From: Amoebophrya sp. A120
Taxonomy: Eukaryota; Protista; Dinoflagellata
Length of the DNA stretch: 64,000 nt
Assembly (NCBI GenBank): GCA_905178155.1
Contig: CAJINV010000017.1
Location: 1,658,269-1,722,268 of the forward strand
Reading direction: 5' to 3'
Shown here: piece by piece, positions 35,748-47,338 of the stretch
Position numbering within the stretch: position 1 is the stretch's first letter
Layout of the letters: every line of letters starts with the position of its first letter
Program-made: the position numbers and the translations under genes
The notes under the pieces: model-generated
Database searches by the model: none
What the model was told of the DNA's origin: nothing
What the model saw: the letters and a program-made list of their open reading frames with translations, nothing else

Positions 35748-38700
35748 TCATCTTGCGCGTCCCGCGCCTCCTTTCCCACCACCCAGCAGCTGATTTGCGT
35801 CCGCAGGTGGCGGCCTCGCGAAATTTTCTTCAAAAAAGAAAAACGCGTCGAAAATGTCCATGTCTTCCGCCTCATCGCCGACAAACAGGAAATATGAAAG
35901 CGCTTCACAAACCCCCTGCTTACCTCCTTTTTTTTTTCGCTTCCACAAGACAGATTTCGCTTCCACAAGCCAGATGATTCCACGTCCTCTAGGCAGAAGA
36001 GCTGCTTGATGGGGTGCAGCATGTTGTGATGCAAACTTGGGCTAAAACTAAAGGAAAAAGGCAACGTCTCGAATTGTGTTGAAGTTGATATGATGCCTTA
36101 GCCTTTCATCGGATCTGCATGACAAATTAGGTGGAGGTAGGACACTAATCGTGCACTCTCATAGCGACCCGGCCGCCGGGGCCAGAAAGTTGAAGCAGGA
36201 AGACGGTAGCATGTTGTCGCCGGACAATCCCCACTTTTCCGCCCCGCCGGGGGCCTCCCACCGGGTACCGTGAATGACAAGTCCCTCGCCCGCGCCAACT
36301 CCGCGGCGACCGAACACGCTACGGAGCTGCCGGACCTGCGTCGCCACTTCCCAGCTGACGACTTTCTCGTATTTCCACGAGTGTAGCTGCATCGCCTCGC
36401 CGAACGGCCCGATCACATCCTTGAACAGGAAGCGGTGCTTTTCCGGGAAAACCAAAAAGTCCCGAGGTTTTCGGTAGGCCAATTGCAGTTTCTCGTAGTC
36501 GAGGAGCACGCGCGGCTGCTTTTCTCGCAACTCCGCGGTTGCTTCCCCGGTGTCAGCGTAACGAAATTGGTCGCTGCTGTCGACCATCCACCAGCCACCG
36601 CTCCAGGACTTGCCCTCGGCGGTGTCCAAATTTTGCGTGGTGGTTTGCGGCTGTTCGCTTCGCCCGATGATGGCGGCGGAAAGGAACCGGTACAGACTCT
36701 GTATCAAATGTAAAAATGTCTGGGTCTGGAAGATTCATGCTGTTTTTGCATGACACGGAAGGTCTGGCATGGAAGCTCTAGCATCACAGGTTTCGAGAAG
36801 CTTCCGCAATGCCGAACCCGCATGAGAAATCCCCCACTTTGGTGACAGAAAGTGGGCAGCTTTTGCTACCTATGCATGAGAGATTTTTCTGTGTTCGAAA
36901 ATGCGCATCACAAGTTAGGATCCTTCCAGACCCAGACATTTTTGCATTTGATACTCTGCGTGTCCGCGCAACCGACTTTGAACTTGAACGGAGGGGACAT
37001 TTTCAGGCCGTAATGCAGCGTCAATTCCTCGTCCGAGATCTTCAAGTGCTTGTCGATTTTGCCAGGAAGGCTCAACTTCCAATAGTGAATCTCGTCGTAG
37101 GGGATGCTTCGCCACCTGGACCGCGAGCCTTGGGATATGCACGAGAAAAAGTGCGTCAGTGTAAGTCTGTGATGCGAACAATAAACATGCAAGTAGAGAG
37201 ATGCGTCTGTCATGCTGGATATGGATTAGAGAATGAATCAAGTCGAGTAGCGAGCGCGCGTTTTGACGTCCTATCTGCGCAGGACATGAAGAGGTTTTTG
37301 CTTTTATACCGGATAGATTTGAAATGCTGTTCCACCAAGTGACACTTACACACGTGTTTTCTTGGATATGCGAGGTGAGCTGTGTGGAGGAGAAAAATGT
37401 TGACGCGGTGTTGTCATAGTCACGATGCAGGATGCGGAAGCTGGTAAACATATGGAACCGCCAGGAGGCTCGAAATTAATGACAAGAGTGAACAAGAAAG
37501 TAAGGACTTGCAATGCCGATGCATGAAAGGCAGCCAGGCACAGAGTGCCTGTCCTGCAGGAGTTGCAGTAGGGTCAGAGTCAGAGATGGACGAGCAGCCT
37601 GTGAAAATAAAAAATGACAAAAAAAGGTGTCTTTGTTTCCCCAAACAGCATCAGAGATTGGATTTAATAGGAGCGTCCGAAATTTGTGATGCGCAGCCTC
37701 GAGATTCAAGTTGGGTTTCCGATTGGTATCATCTATCTTATGCACTCCAGCAAATTATTTCAACTTTCTTTGTAGTCCATTTCGAGCACCATGACGCATC
37801 CATAAAACAGCAAGATGTCGTGCCGGTTCTGTGCGGTGAAGCCGAAGTGAATCTTTTCACCGGGAAGAAACAGGTGCAGCCCAGGATTGTTCTTGTCGTT
37901 CTCGCCTCCGCTCGGAGTCGATTCCGTTCCTTCCAAGGTTCGCGCCATCAGAAGCTGCTTGACGGTTTCCGGTATCAAATGCATATATGTCTGGGTCTGG
38001 ATGAAGATTCTGAGATTTGTCATGCAGTTTTTCCAAGCTCCGCTAAGTCTGGAATGCAGGGCCTAGCATCGGAGGATCTGCAGTCGCTTACCCTTTGTGA
38101 TGCCTGTTCTGCATGAGAAATGCCCTGTCAGCATGACCAGAAATGAGCACCTTTTGCAAGTCACGCAACACAGATTTTTGTATGATCCGCAACATGCATC
38201 ACAAGTTCGCATCCTTCCAGACCCAGACATATTTGCAATGCATATCCGGCTCCTCCTGGTAGTACTGGTTTGCCAACCACGACTATCGCAAGAAAAAAGT
38301 CGTGTTGCAGTTCCACATTGTGATGCTGCAGGACCGGCATGACAGACAACCTTTGTCATGCGCAAAATGCTTGCGGGCTTGGCTTCATTCATGTTTTCCC
38401 GTCTGAGCTCTGCATTGGAAGATTTCTCTGATATGCAAAAAGAGTTTGTAATGTATTTTTGAAGTACATCAAGTAGTTCTTACAAACAAGTGTGTAACGG
38501 TAAAACTTTTTCCCCGGGATAACGACACTCCGGACTGAAACCAGCTGCTCCCCTGTTCGCACACGTGCTCGTTTTCTTCCACAATGCTCCGCCAGGTTTT
38601 CGTATCTTCTTTTGGCGGGGCAACGGCGCCCTTCTTTTCGGATACCCGCGTGAGCCGGAAGGACAAGTAAGCGTGTACGGCGATATTGAGAGGAAAAATG

Positions 38701-41700
38701 CCCCCTCCCCATATTGAAAACGCATTCGTCTGAAAATTTGTGATGCAGATCTGAGGTCACAAATCCTCTGTGTCTTGCAAGAAGGCAAAGCCAGAGAGTC
38801 CGCCGCATAATGCCGGCGGTTTGTGATGCTGTTTGGCTTACAGAGCCGACGTCTGTCATGCTAGTCCCCTACGTCAAAACCCCTCGACCCAGGCTTGGCA
38901 TATGCCTGCAGTCCTCTCCAGCAAGACAGACCTGATTTGTGTACGCAAATCCAGCATCAGAAACTTTGTTTCGATATGGGGAGGGGGGATTTTTCCCTTT
39001 GATAGGCGAGCAAGGACTCACTGCCCCGAAAATCGACCATCACTTCTCTCAGCCCGTTGTTGAAATCCCAAGCTCTTTAATCGCAGGAAAAAAAGTGGAT
39101 CGTGTCAGTCTAACGAGTGCAAGCGGACGCGGTGCTGGTCTACGTAAATCTAATTCTTAAGTTCATTTTTTCATATAATATTGTCCAGAATTACATGCCA
39201 GACTACACCCAGCACACGTATCATGTTGCCAACAAGAAAGAATGACGTATGAAAATGAGTGTCCCTTTGAGGCAACGGAAACGGATTTGATTTCACAGGC
39301 TAGATTGTACATGATGTTGACAGTGAAAGGTTTTTTTTTTTCAGCTGCATGACTGAGCATGCAGGGGACACGAGAGTGAGACAAATCTTCTGAATGTGTA
39401 GGAAATTACTGCGATGTAGTTGTCAGATGATATCTTCTAAAGGAGCGCCAGCAGTTCCGACAGTAAGACTGACGCAATACTTCCTACTTGTCGGATATCC
39501 CGCCGCTCTGCACTCGTCAATATTCGTGCACCATCCAGCGACCGAATTTGCAAATTGCAGCATTTGTCCTTCACGTTCGCGCAATCCCAGTTCCTGCTTG
39601 CTAACCTGCGTGGCTTGCTGCTCGCGTTGCTGCGTCATCAGCGCCTGCGCCCTGGCGGACTCGGCCTGCTGATGTTGATGCAGTTCTTTCCGAGCGGCCT
39701 CATTTGTCCCGGTTTTTCTTGCCGTCTTGTCCCGATGTTGAACGAGATTTTCTTGTTGTTCTCGGTTGTTCATTGCGATCGTGTTGTCCAACTCCATGAA
39801 AGCGTTTCTCAGTGCTGGCGGTTGCTTATGAGAGTGCACAACTCCCCCTTCCCCACATTTGTATAGCATGAAGATGAACAGCAAAAATTATACAAACACC
39901 AGAACACGTGGAGGCTACGCATGACAAATTTGAGTACCTAATGGAGTATACTGTTTCCGTTTGGGCTCCTTCCGAAATTGGTCATGCAAACAGTGCTACA
40001 AGGCAACGACTGAATTTGGCATTTTGCATCACAAATGGGGGGGAATGGGATTTGTGCAATGTCATATTGCGAAAGAGCATGACGCAGCTCCCGATCCTCA
40101 TCTTGTCCTTCATGAGCTGGCGACGTATTCGCTACTAGGCCTGTCTGATCAACATCTTCATCCTCGTTTTTCAGTCCGCCGAGTTGCAGATAGGAGTAGC
40201 TCTGTGAGCCCCCCTCCAGAACTTCGGCCACCGATGTGGATACTAAAGAAATCGGCGAAACAGAAGTCGGGGTTGCGGCCACGATGCTGTCGCCAGTGCG
40301 TGGCTCGACCTCCGACGACAGCGGAGAAGTAAGTCCAGCACGGGCTGAAGTTGACGAACTTCGGGAAGACGTAGACATTGCGCCCGTCAGATGATGCTCC
40401 AACGCAAGATCTTCTGCGTCGTGGTCCTCCGATGGTCGCAGAGTGCTGCTTTTCACCACGACGCCTGCAGAAGTAGTTGGACTAGCGTGCTTCTGGTTCT
40501 TGGCTCCATCGTGGTCTACGACAGCATCATGTTCCACCTCCTTAACCTCGCTGAAAGAGAGGAACGAAGAAGACACAAAAGCACCCAACAGCTGCACACC
40601 CTCTCCAAGCAACTCGAGTCCCGCACCAACTTCCCCTCCCCCGACCCCGTCATGTTCTGGATCCGGAGGAGGAATGTAGACGCCCGGCACGTATGAAATG
40701 CAAAAGTGTCTGGGTCTGGAAGAATGCAAGATTTGTCATGCATATTTCTCATGACCCATGATGCCTGTAATCCTTGACCTAGCATCGCAGACTTTTAGAG
40801 GGCTTCCTGATGCACCTTCCACATGAGAAATACCCTGTCCGTGTAGCAAAAACTGTACCCCTCTTGCTAGTCATGCAATACAAATTTTTTTAGAGTCCAA
40901 AAACAGCATGACAAGCTGCATTCTTCCAGACCCAGACATATTTGCACTTGATAGCACGTCGGTGGACACGAAGAGTTCGCCCTCGCTATCGTAAGGAAAA
41001 ATCCCCCCTCCCAATATCGAGATGAAGTATCTGATGCTGGATTTCCGTACATAAATGCGCGCTGTCTTGCAGTAAGGCATCGCAGCCAGAAGATCCTCAG
41101 CCTAGGTAGGGGCTTTGGGTCTAGTTGTTTCGCACTACAAACGGCTGGCCCCTAGGCCCAACAGCATGCCAAATCGCTTCCATATTAATGGCGCGAAAGC
41201 CTCTGCGCTTGTCTTCTTGCAAGACAGGCGTGATGTATGGTCTCAAGTCAGCAACACAAATTTTCGGAATCATACCGTTTCGATATAGGGAGAGGGGATT
41301 TTTCCTTTTGATACTCGCCCCAGGGCAACACCTTCTCCGTCGCCGCCTTTTCGCGCAGCGCGAAGGACTGAATGGCGTTGTAGCCGTATGCAAGAAAAAA
41401 ACTGTGTTAGTGTAACTCTGTAAGTAATGCAGAACATGCAACAGGTTTACACCTGTCATGCCCCATAGCCATGAAGTCCTCTTTTCAACATGTGTGTTTT
41501 TCTTACAAGCCACGTATGACAGGTTTTCTCTGTCATGTAGACCGAATTTCTGATGCTGTCAGCCAAAGAAAGTTAGGTTCACACGGTTTTTTTCTTGCAC
41601 AAGTCGATGGAAATGTACTGCTCGTTCCCGAGAAACCCGCCCAGCAGGTTTCCAAAATCCACGAGCTTGTTGCGCTTGATTACCAGGCGTTTATTCGTGA

Positions 41701-44378
41701 AGGCGAACATCCCGGTAGCGGAGTCGAAGGCCATGTCCACCGTTTCGCCGGCGTCGGGCGTGAGGAAATTGTCCAGCATGTCCTGCACGATAGATTTGTC
41801 CCGGATTCGAATGCCGTTGTCCAACTGCAAAAGCCAGTCGAAAAAGCCCCCGCTCTATCCAGGAAAAAACACCCATCCACATCCAATTTCTTTGTCATGC
41901 AAAACATACATTCATAAAATTCTTATTCTGTGTCTGTCATGCAAAAAATTATATATGGGGATGCGATGAGTTTTTTTCTGTGGATACGCTCGCCTGCTCC
42001 GCACCAGCCCCTCCCGCTTCTCCGTCCACCAACGCCAGCAGCTTGTCGCCCATCTTGGCCGCGGGCGCGTTGCCCAGGACCCGCCAGGATAGGAGGTGCG
42101 TGACCAGCAAGGGGCTGGTGCCCACGCCCCAGAGCGTCTCGTAGCCAAAGGTGGTGCCACCTTCCCCGCCCCCTCGGATGTTCAGGTGAATGGTGCGCGG
42201 GCCGTGCGTATGCATTGCAAATACGTCTGGTGCGTTTAGAGTTGTGATACCGGACAAAAACAAGACCTGTCAATGTAGTGGATAAATGCATTGGCCGATT
42301 CCTGTTCGTTGTTCTCAAGGGCAATTTGTAGTTTACAACTCCAGACGCAGTTTATTTGCCTGTGATAGTGCGACCCGTCCCCCCGGCTTTCGTAGATTTT
42401 CGTGTGAATCACCACGGTACTGTCCCAGTCGAGAAAGGAGCCCGGCGTGTGAAAGGTCCAGGCGCGGACGGCGGAGTAGAGGTAGGAAATGTAGTTCGCC
42501 TTGCCGCCCGTGAGGTGCTTCTCGAGCAGGTCGGGGACGTCCTGCTTGAGAATCCGGTAATTGGTAAAGATCACCGCGTCGCGAATGTTGGTATCCAGGT
42601 CCACCGCCCCGGCCTCCGACGCCAGCGCGAGTTCGACCCGCTCGTCGTGCAGCAGTACCTTTTTCTCCCGCAAAATCGCCTGCGTACACGCCGGGTCCAC
42701 CTGTTTCATGCCCGCCTTCCAGAAGAACAACTGCGTCGTGCTCAGGATCCCGCCGTTCCCGTTGTCGTGGCCTTTTTGCTTGAAATTTTCCAAGTCACAC
42801 GGCTCGTGCGCGGCGGCGAACCTCTTGCTGAACCCCGCGGGCTCGGGCAGGTGGAGCGAGTTGGAGGCGAGCAGCCGCCAGGACAGAAAGTGGTGCAGTT
42901 CGAAGGCTTGCTTCACGTCCACGGAAACGTTAATTTGCCGACTGTCAGTTTCCGTTTCCAGGGTGAACTTGGAGTCCAAATCCAGCCGCGTTCCCACCGG
43001 CTCGCTGCACCAGGAAAGAACCGCCGACCACCGCATGGCGCTAAATTTGGTCTGCGGCTGCTCCGTGCCGACGGTGTCTTTCCAATAGTACGGCCACCCT
43101 TCTTTGACGTTGATGTGCAGGATCTGTATGCAATGCAAAAGCATCGTATTAGTATAATTGCATTACAGATTTCCTCAGAATGACAAATGCAATTTGTAAT
43201 GCTGTTCTACCTTAGGAAGAAGAGTTGCAATGCATATTTGCAATTAGTACGAGTACGATACTTTTGCACAGAGTAATCTGCTCGCTGGTCCAAAACATGA
43301 CGTCCTGGCCCGCGGACTGCTTATGGGAGTGTCAGGATTGAAATCGACAAACTTGAAATAACTTGCATCGCGTAAAATCGATACCAGATGCAAGCCCAGT
43401 TTCCTCCAAGCGGTGCATGACAAATTTCGAGACCTTCGAAATCCATTTTGTCATGCTGTTTAGGGACAGACGGCGTCTGTTGTCGTGCTGCTTTAGCAGC
43501 TCTATCGCAGACCCCAAACAGGCCGACAGTCGGCCTCACTTGGCATCCCTGCAAGAGAGGCGCTTCATGCCTATGCCTTGCAATTTATGCATGAGAAGTT
43601 ATTTCATTTTCAACGTTGTCGATTTCAATCCTGACACCCCCATACTTCTCGAAAATGTAGTGCAGTTTTTCGCCCCGGTCAAGTAATTTCCGGTAGTTCT
43701 TCGGGCCTGGCTGCGGGTCGTCATCGCCCGCGCGGCGCGCCTGCATCACGAGGAAAAACTGCTCCACTGCTTCTTTCTTCTCTTTCATCTTGTCCTGTGG
43801 GACGAGATCCCAGATCAACCCAAAGAATTTTCCAGCGGAAGTCAGCACGGATCCACGCAGGTTGCGTTTCTGAACATTTTGCGTTGGATCGTAGTCGTAC
43901 CAGAGTTTGCGAATATCACTGTTTGAATATTTAAATTCACCGTAGAGATGAATATGCATCATTCAGATTAACATCATCAATCTACAACTACCTCCTGCTG
44001 TGCTTGAGAAGTCGCCTGCTTGTTTTCCACGGCCTCATCGAGTCGCCCGATTTCGTGCTGCAACGCGAAGGCGAAAATGTAAATGGTACTCGTCGTAGTG
44101 GGCGGAGTTCGAGTTGGAACAATTCTTGCGCCGTGGTTGACCATCAGCTCGTTGTTCTGCAGCTTTCCTATCGTGCTCTTGAATCGGGAAGTAGTAGTAG
44201 GGGTGAAAAAACGGAAATGCTCTTCGAGGGGAACAAGGTCGGAAAACAAAAACGCGCCGAGAAAAGCTGCGGCACAAGACTTCATGGTGAATGTCCAGAA
44301 AGCGGCTGCGCACATTGACGAGACCGTGGTCTGCCCAAGGGCAAGGCTCGACTTTGAGCCGCGACTTGATAACATCAT
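35748..44378 (-). CDS. Tandem bacterial-type PH-domain (bPH_1/YvbH-like) repeat protein, at least 5 domains, at least 14 TIR introns; both ends uncertain
   Basis: Repeated motif LLxxxE-x-V/I...RD-x3-FT-x2-RI/L...Y-x-S-x2-Y..D..EL: IRDAVIFTNYRIL, FAFTNKRLVI, RHDILLFTSFRIL, PRDFLVFPEKHRFL, GQDVMFWTSEQIL. Exons join in frame once the introners are removed. Confidence 0.75.
36701..36954 (-). mobile_element. TIR introner (sense GT...AC), TSD TCT
   Basis: ~32-bp TIR GTATCAAATGYAAAAATGTCTGGGTCTGGAAG. Confidence 0.92.
37135..37369 (-). mobile_element. TIR introner (sense AT...AT), flanks GGG/GCG
   Basis: ATATGCACGAGAAAA...TTTTCTTGGATAT; frame restored (LTS-P-QGSR). Confidence 0.7.
37450..37805 (-). 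mobile_element. TIR introner (sense TT...AT), TSD AAC
   Basis: ATATGGA...TCCATAA; rejoins DILL|FTSFRIL of a PH domain. Confidence 0.8.
37972..38245 (-). mobile_element. TIR introner (sense AT...AC), TSD CCG
   Basis: TIR contains ATGTCTGGGTCTGGA (same family as 36701 and 40691). Confidence 0.9.
38283..38522 (-). mobile_element. TIR introner (sense TT...AG), TSD CGA
   Basis: CTATC..AAAAAG pairs with CTTTTT..GATAA; frame restored (SGVS|SWLANQ). Confidence 0.8.
38683..39005 (-). mobile_element. TIR introner (sense CT...AT), TSD GCG
   Basis: ~36-bp TIR with GGAAAAAT.CCCCCTCCCCATAT.GAAA; same family as 40986. Confidence 0.9.
39826..40067 (-). mobile_element. TIR introner (sense AT...AA), TSD TGC
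   Basis: TTATGAGAGTGCACAA...TTGTGCAATGTCATAT; same family as 60334. Confidence 0.88.
40691..40954 (-). mobile_element. TIR introner (sense CT...AC), TSD CAC
   Basis: TIR contains TGTCTGGGTCTGGAAGAATGC. Confidence 0.9.
40986..41314 (-). mobile_element. TIR introner (sense GT...AG), TSD TCG
   Basis: ~35-bp TIR TATC..AAGGAAAAATCCCC.CTCCC.ATATCGA. Confidence 0.9.
41386..41602 (-). mobile_element. TIR introner (sense TT...AC), flanks GCC/GTC
   Basis: GTATGCAAGAAAAAAACTGTGT pairs with ACACGGTTTTTTTCTTGCACAA. Confidence 0.88.
41855..41987 (-). mobile_element. TIR introner (sense GT...AG), TSD GCT
   Basis: CTATCCAGGAAAAAAC...GTTTTTTTCTGTGGATAC; gives EQAS|SGGFFDW. Confidence 0.88.
42208..42368 (-). 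mobile_element. TIR introner (sense CT...AC), TSD TGC
   Basis: GTAT..GCAAATA.CGTCTGG pairs with CCAGACG..TATTTGC..GATAG; frame restored. Confidence 0.8.
43126..43276 (-). mobile_element. TIR introner (sense TT...AC), TSD TCT
   Basis: TGCAAAAGCATCGTA pairs with TACGATACTTTTGCA; rejoins WTSEQ|ILHINV. Confidence 0.82.
43321..43645 (-). mobile_element. TIR introner (sense GT...AA), flanks TGC/TTC
   Basis: 30-bp TIR TATGGGRGTGTCAGGATTGAAATCGACAA. Confidence 0.9.
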
Positions 44379-45803
44379 CAAGCTCCTTTCGGTCAATGAT
44401 TTTTTCGTACTATACTTTGTAATTTCGGTACGTGGAAAAATGTGCAGGATTTCTTTATTTATTAGGATATTGTAGTGTACAAGATCACAGGTAGGATTTA
44501 GAATTTCAATTTTTATTTTACTTTTACAAGATAAATTTAAATATACAATTAGCAATTTCTCCAAGTGGTTCTAGCATTTGCATTGCGGTATGATGTTCAT
44601 GGTAGGATAGGATTTGAATTTCGTCAAAAAACCAAGTTGTCGTGTCTTCCTATTTTCAATTAGATCAATCCTACTGGTGCGCTGGTTGTAAGTAATTGCT
44701 GAAGTGTTAGAATGTTGCGTGGGCGCGAATTTGCAATCCCACCAAACGTCGAAGCCACCAAACGTCGAAGCAGGAGTCCACTGACTCCTGTTTAACATCA
44801 TGAGCACGATACGAAAGAAAAATCTGTTTTTGTTGACTTTTTCCATTTCGCCCACGAATAAAGCTTCACGAAGACGACAGACACCCCAACGAGCGGGAAA
44901 AAGTAAATAGAAGATGATGCGACTTGTTCCAGCACGATAATCTTCTTGTTCACAACGAGTCAGTAGTTTTGGTGCTGTCAATGCAAAAAGCCCACGAGCA
45001 ATGAGAGACCATCGACATTCCGGCGCGTCGATCAATGCGAAGATCTGTTCGGAAAGCAAAGTCATGCAGATGCCCGGGCCATCAAGTCGTAGACAGTACA
45101 CAGGCATCATCAATGTATTGTGATTGCAGATACAACCATACATCGCACCGAGGCAAGATCTTGAACTTGATACTGATACGCCGCGGGTGCTCCTGTCCGA
45201 GAACAACGACAAAGAGATCTTTTGCATCCAAGATTTCTTGGCACAGATTTGAATGCTGTTTAGCCCTTCGGAGTAGATTTGTCATGCGAAATAGCTTGAT
45301 TGTCTGGCTCTGGCGGCTTGAGGTAGTTTTGCGCATGACACATCCATGGAACTACATTTGAGAAGGTAACCGATTTGAGAAGCTGTACTTATCCCATACA
45401 GCAGGAACAGGTCCTGGTGTCACCTGCCGTCCCATCACCGAGAGGTCTTGCGGCTGCGCTGCAGCGGACGAAGACGAGAGATGAACATGGCCGCTTGTTG
45501 TCCCGGCGTGCTGCAACGTCGTGCTCGAGTCAACAACACCTTGTTGTTGATTTGATACCAAGGTCGTGCGACGCGTTTCCCTTGCGGTCATTAGCCGCTC
45601 GCCAACGCGGGCGAAGGAGCTAGCCGAACTTTTGCTGTAAGACGGCCCCTATGGACTGCGCGGGCGGAAAGTGGCGGTGCCGTGGACAGCGAAGATCCGG
45701 GTAGAGCCCCTTGATGGCCGCTGGTAGAAGAGCCAGCCCCCAGTTGTAGGGGGCCCCGGTGGTGCTGACCCCCCGTTCTGTACCCCTCCTTGCGGTTAGC
45801 CCT

Positions 45804-45892
45804 CGCCAGTTCGTACCCCCTCCGGCCTCTCTCCTCCGTCTCCGTCGCCAGTTCGTACCCCCTCCGCCCCCTCTCCTCCGTCTCCGTCGCCA
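45804..45892. repeat. 42-bp tandem duplication (ATETEERGRRGYEL x2 on the minus strand)
   Basis: CGCCAGTTCGTACCCCCTCCG.CC.CTCTCCTCCGTCTCCGT repeated, inside ORF 45591-45983. Confidence 0.8.
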
Positions 45893-46390
45893 GATTGTCC
45901 ATGTCCTTGTCCATGTCGTATGCAGATTTCGTAGATTTTGTAGAATTGTAGAACGCGACGAGGACGTCGCGAAGTGCGAGCATGACGGTTATGAAGAAGT
46001 TGCGCGGGCGAAGGGTGGAAACGTTGCATCGAAGACGATGTTGATAAGACTAAGTACGGAAGTCGAAATCACGACGCGACGGCAGAAGCGCAGCAGGGGC
46101 ACAGGTGTTTCTGTTTTTTGTTTTGTAGCATCCGATCAGATTTGTTTTTCAACCGCTGATGGAAAAAAAAATTTGCACATGCAGACGAATCGCTTGTAAA
46201 AATCATTTTCATTGTGAACGGATGCTACAAAACAAAAAACAAAACGTCAGGTGGTTATGTGTTGAACGAGGACAAGCGGTTGAGGTGTGGGGTCGCAATG
46301 CAAAATGCAAGAGCACGGCGTTACATCAAGAAAAAAAAGCATGAACTTCAATAAATTGCTGAACGTGCTGCGCAGACCGAGCTTTTGCCT

Positions 46391-47338
46391 TCATGAAAAA
46401 GATAAGTAGTTGCAACGCAGCACGCAGAAATATCGAGAAACAGAGCGAAGCAATACACTTGCAAGAAGTAAACCGCGAGCGCCAAAGATGGCAAACAAAC
46501 GCTTTGACCATACGCCGCGGGTGCTCCTGTCCGAGAACAACGATAAAGAGACACTAACAGCTTGGAAGTGCTTCGCCGCCACATCGGGATCGAAATCCGC
46601 CGCCTTGGACAACTTTCGCTTCCGGGTTCGCTGGGATCGGGTGTGGAGGTCGGTGTTGAAATCAGATGCCTGGGTTAAGCGAAATTCTGCCCGCTCCGCT
46701 ATCACGCCCGAGAGGTGCTCACACTTTTCCCGGTAAGCCGCGCCGGCCGCTGGGTCGTCTGGGTCGAGGGAGGCGCCGAGGCGCCGCACCTCTTTGCGCA
46801 GGATCTTGATGCGGAGGTCGAAACGTCTGCGCTTTTTGTAGTCGTGGCTTCGGTTATAGCGGCTGAGCTCCTGTTGCGCGGAGCCAGCTAGGATACCGCG
46901 CGCGGCGACAAGCGCAGCCGGGATGCGCGAAATCGGGATCGCCAGCGGCGCACTGTTTACTGCTGGGTCAGAGGCCGCGGATTCATCACCATCTGCAGGA
47001 GCTGGGAGCAACGTCTGCACAACAGCATCGGAGAACTGGTGCTTTGCTGATGGGGTGGCACGCCACAAAGGTGCCGCAGCGTCAACATCAGAGCGACGGC
47101 CCTCTAGGGTCGTAGCGTCAACATCAAGGGTCGTGGAGAAACTGTCAGGAGGTGCACTGTCAACAGCATTGGCATCGTAGGAAAACTCCGTCCCCAGTAT
47201 CGCGTCGATCGGTGGGCCTCCCTTGAGATGAACATCGGCAAAATGCTGGAGAATTTGTTCTCTTTTTTCGAAGCGATTTCTGTTGCTCCTGCAGAGCAAC
47301 GACGACAATTTTTTTGAAAGGCACCAAAATAGGTGCAC
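46391..47338 (-). CDS. Hypothetical protein ORF (315 aa) between repeat copies 2 and 3, reading through copy 2
   Basis: Long open frame with protein-like composition (basic helical C-terminal part); no recognisable domain; start uncertain. Confidence 0.35.
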   Translation of the reverse strand: MHLFWCLSKKLSSLLCRSNRNRFEKREQILQHFADVHLKGGPPIDAILGTEFSYDANAVDSAPPDSFSTTLDVDATTLEGRRSDVDAAAPLWRATPSAKHQFSDAVVQTLLPAPADGDESAASDPAVNSAPLAIPISRIPAALVAARGILAGSAQQELSRYNRSHDYKKRRRFDLRIKILRKEVRRLGASLDPDDPAAGAAYREKCEHLSGVIAERAEFRLTQASDFNTDLHTRSQRTRKRKLSKAADFDPDVAAKHFQAVSVSLSLFSDRSTRGVWSKRLFAIFGARGLLLASVLLRSVSRYFCVLRCNYLSFS

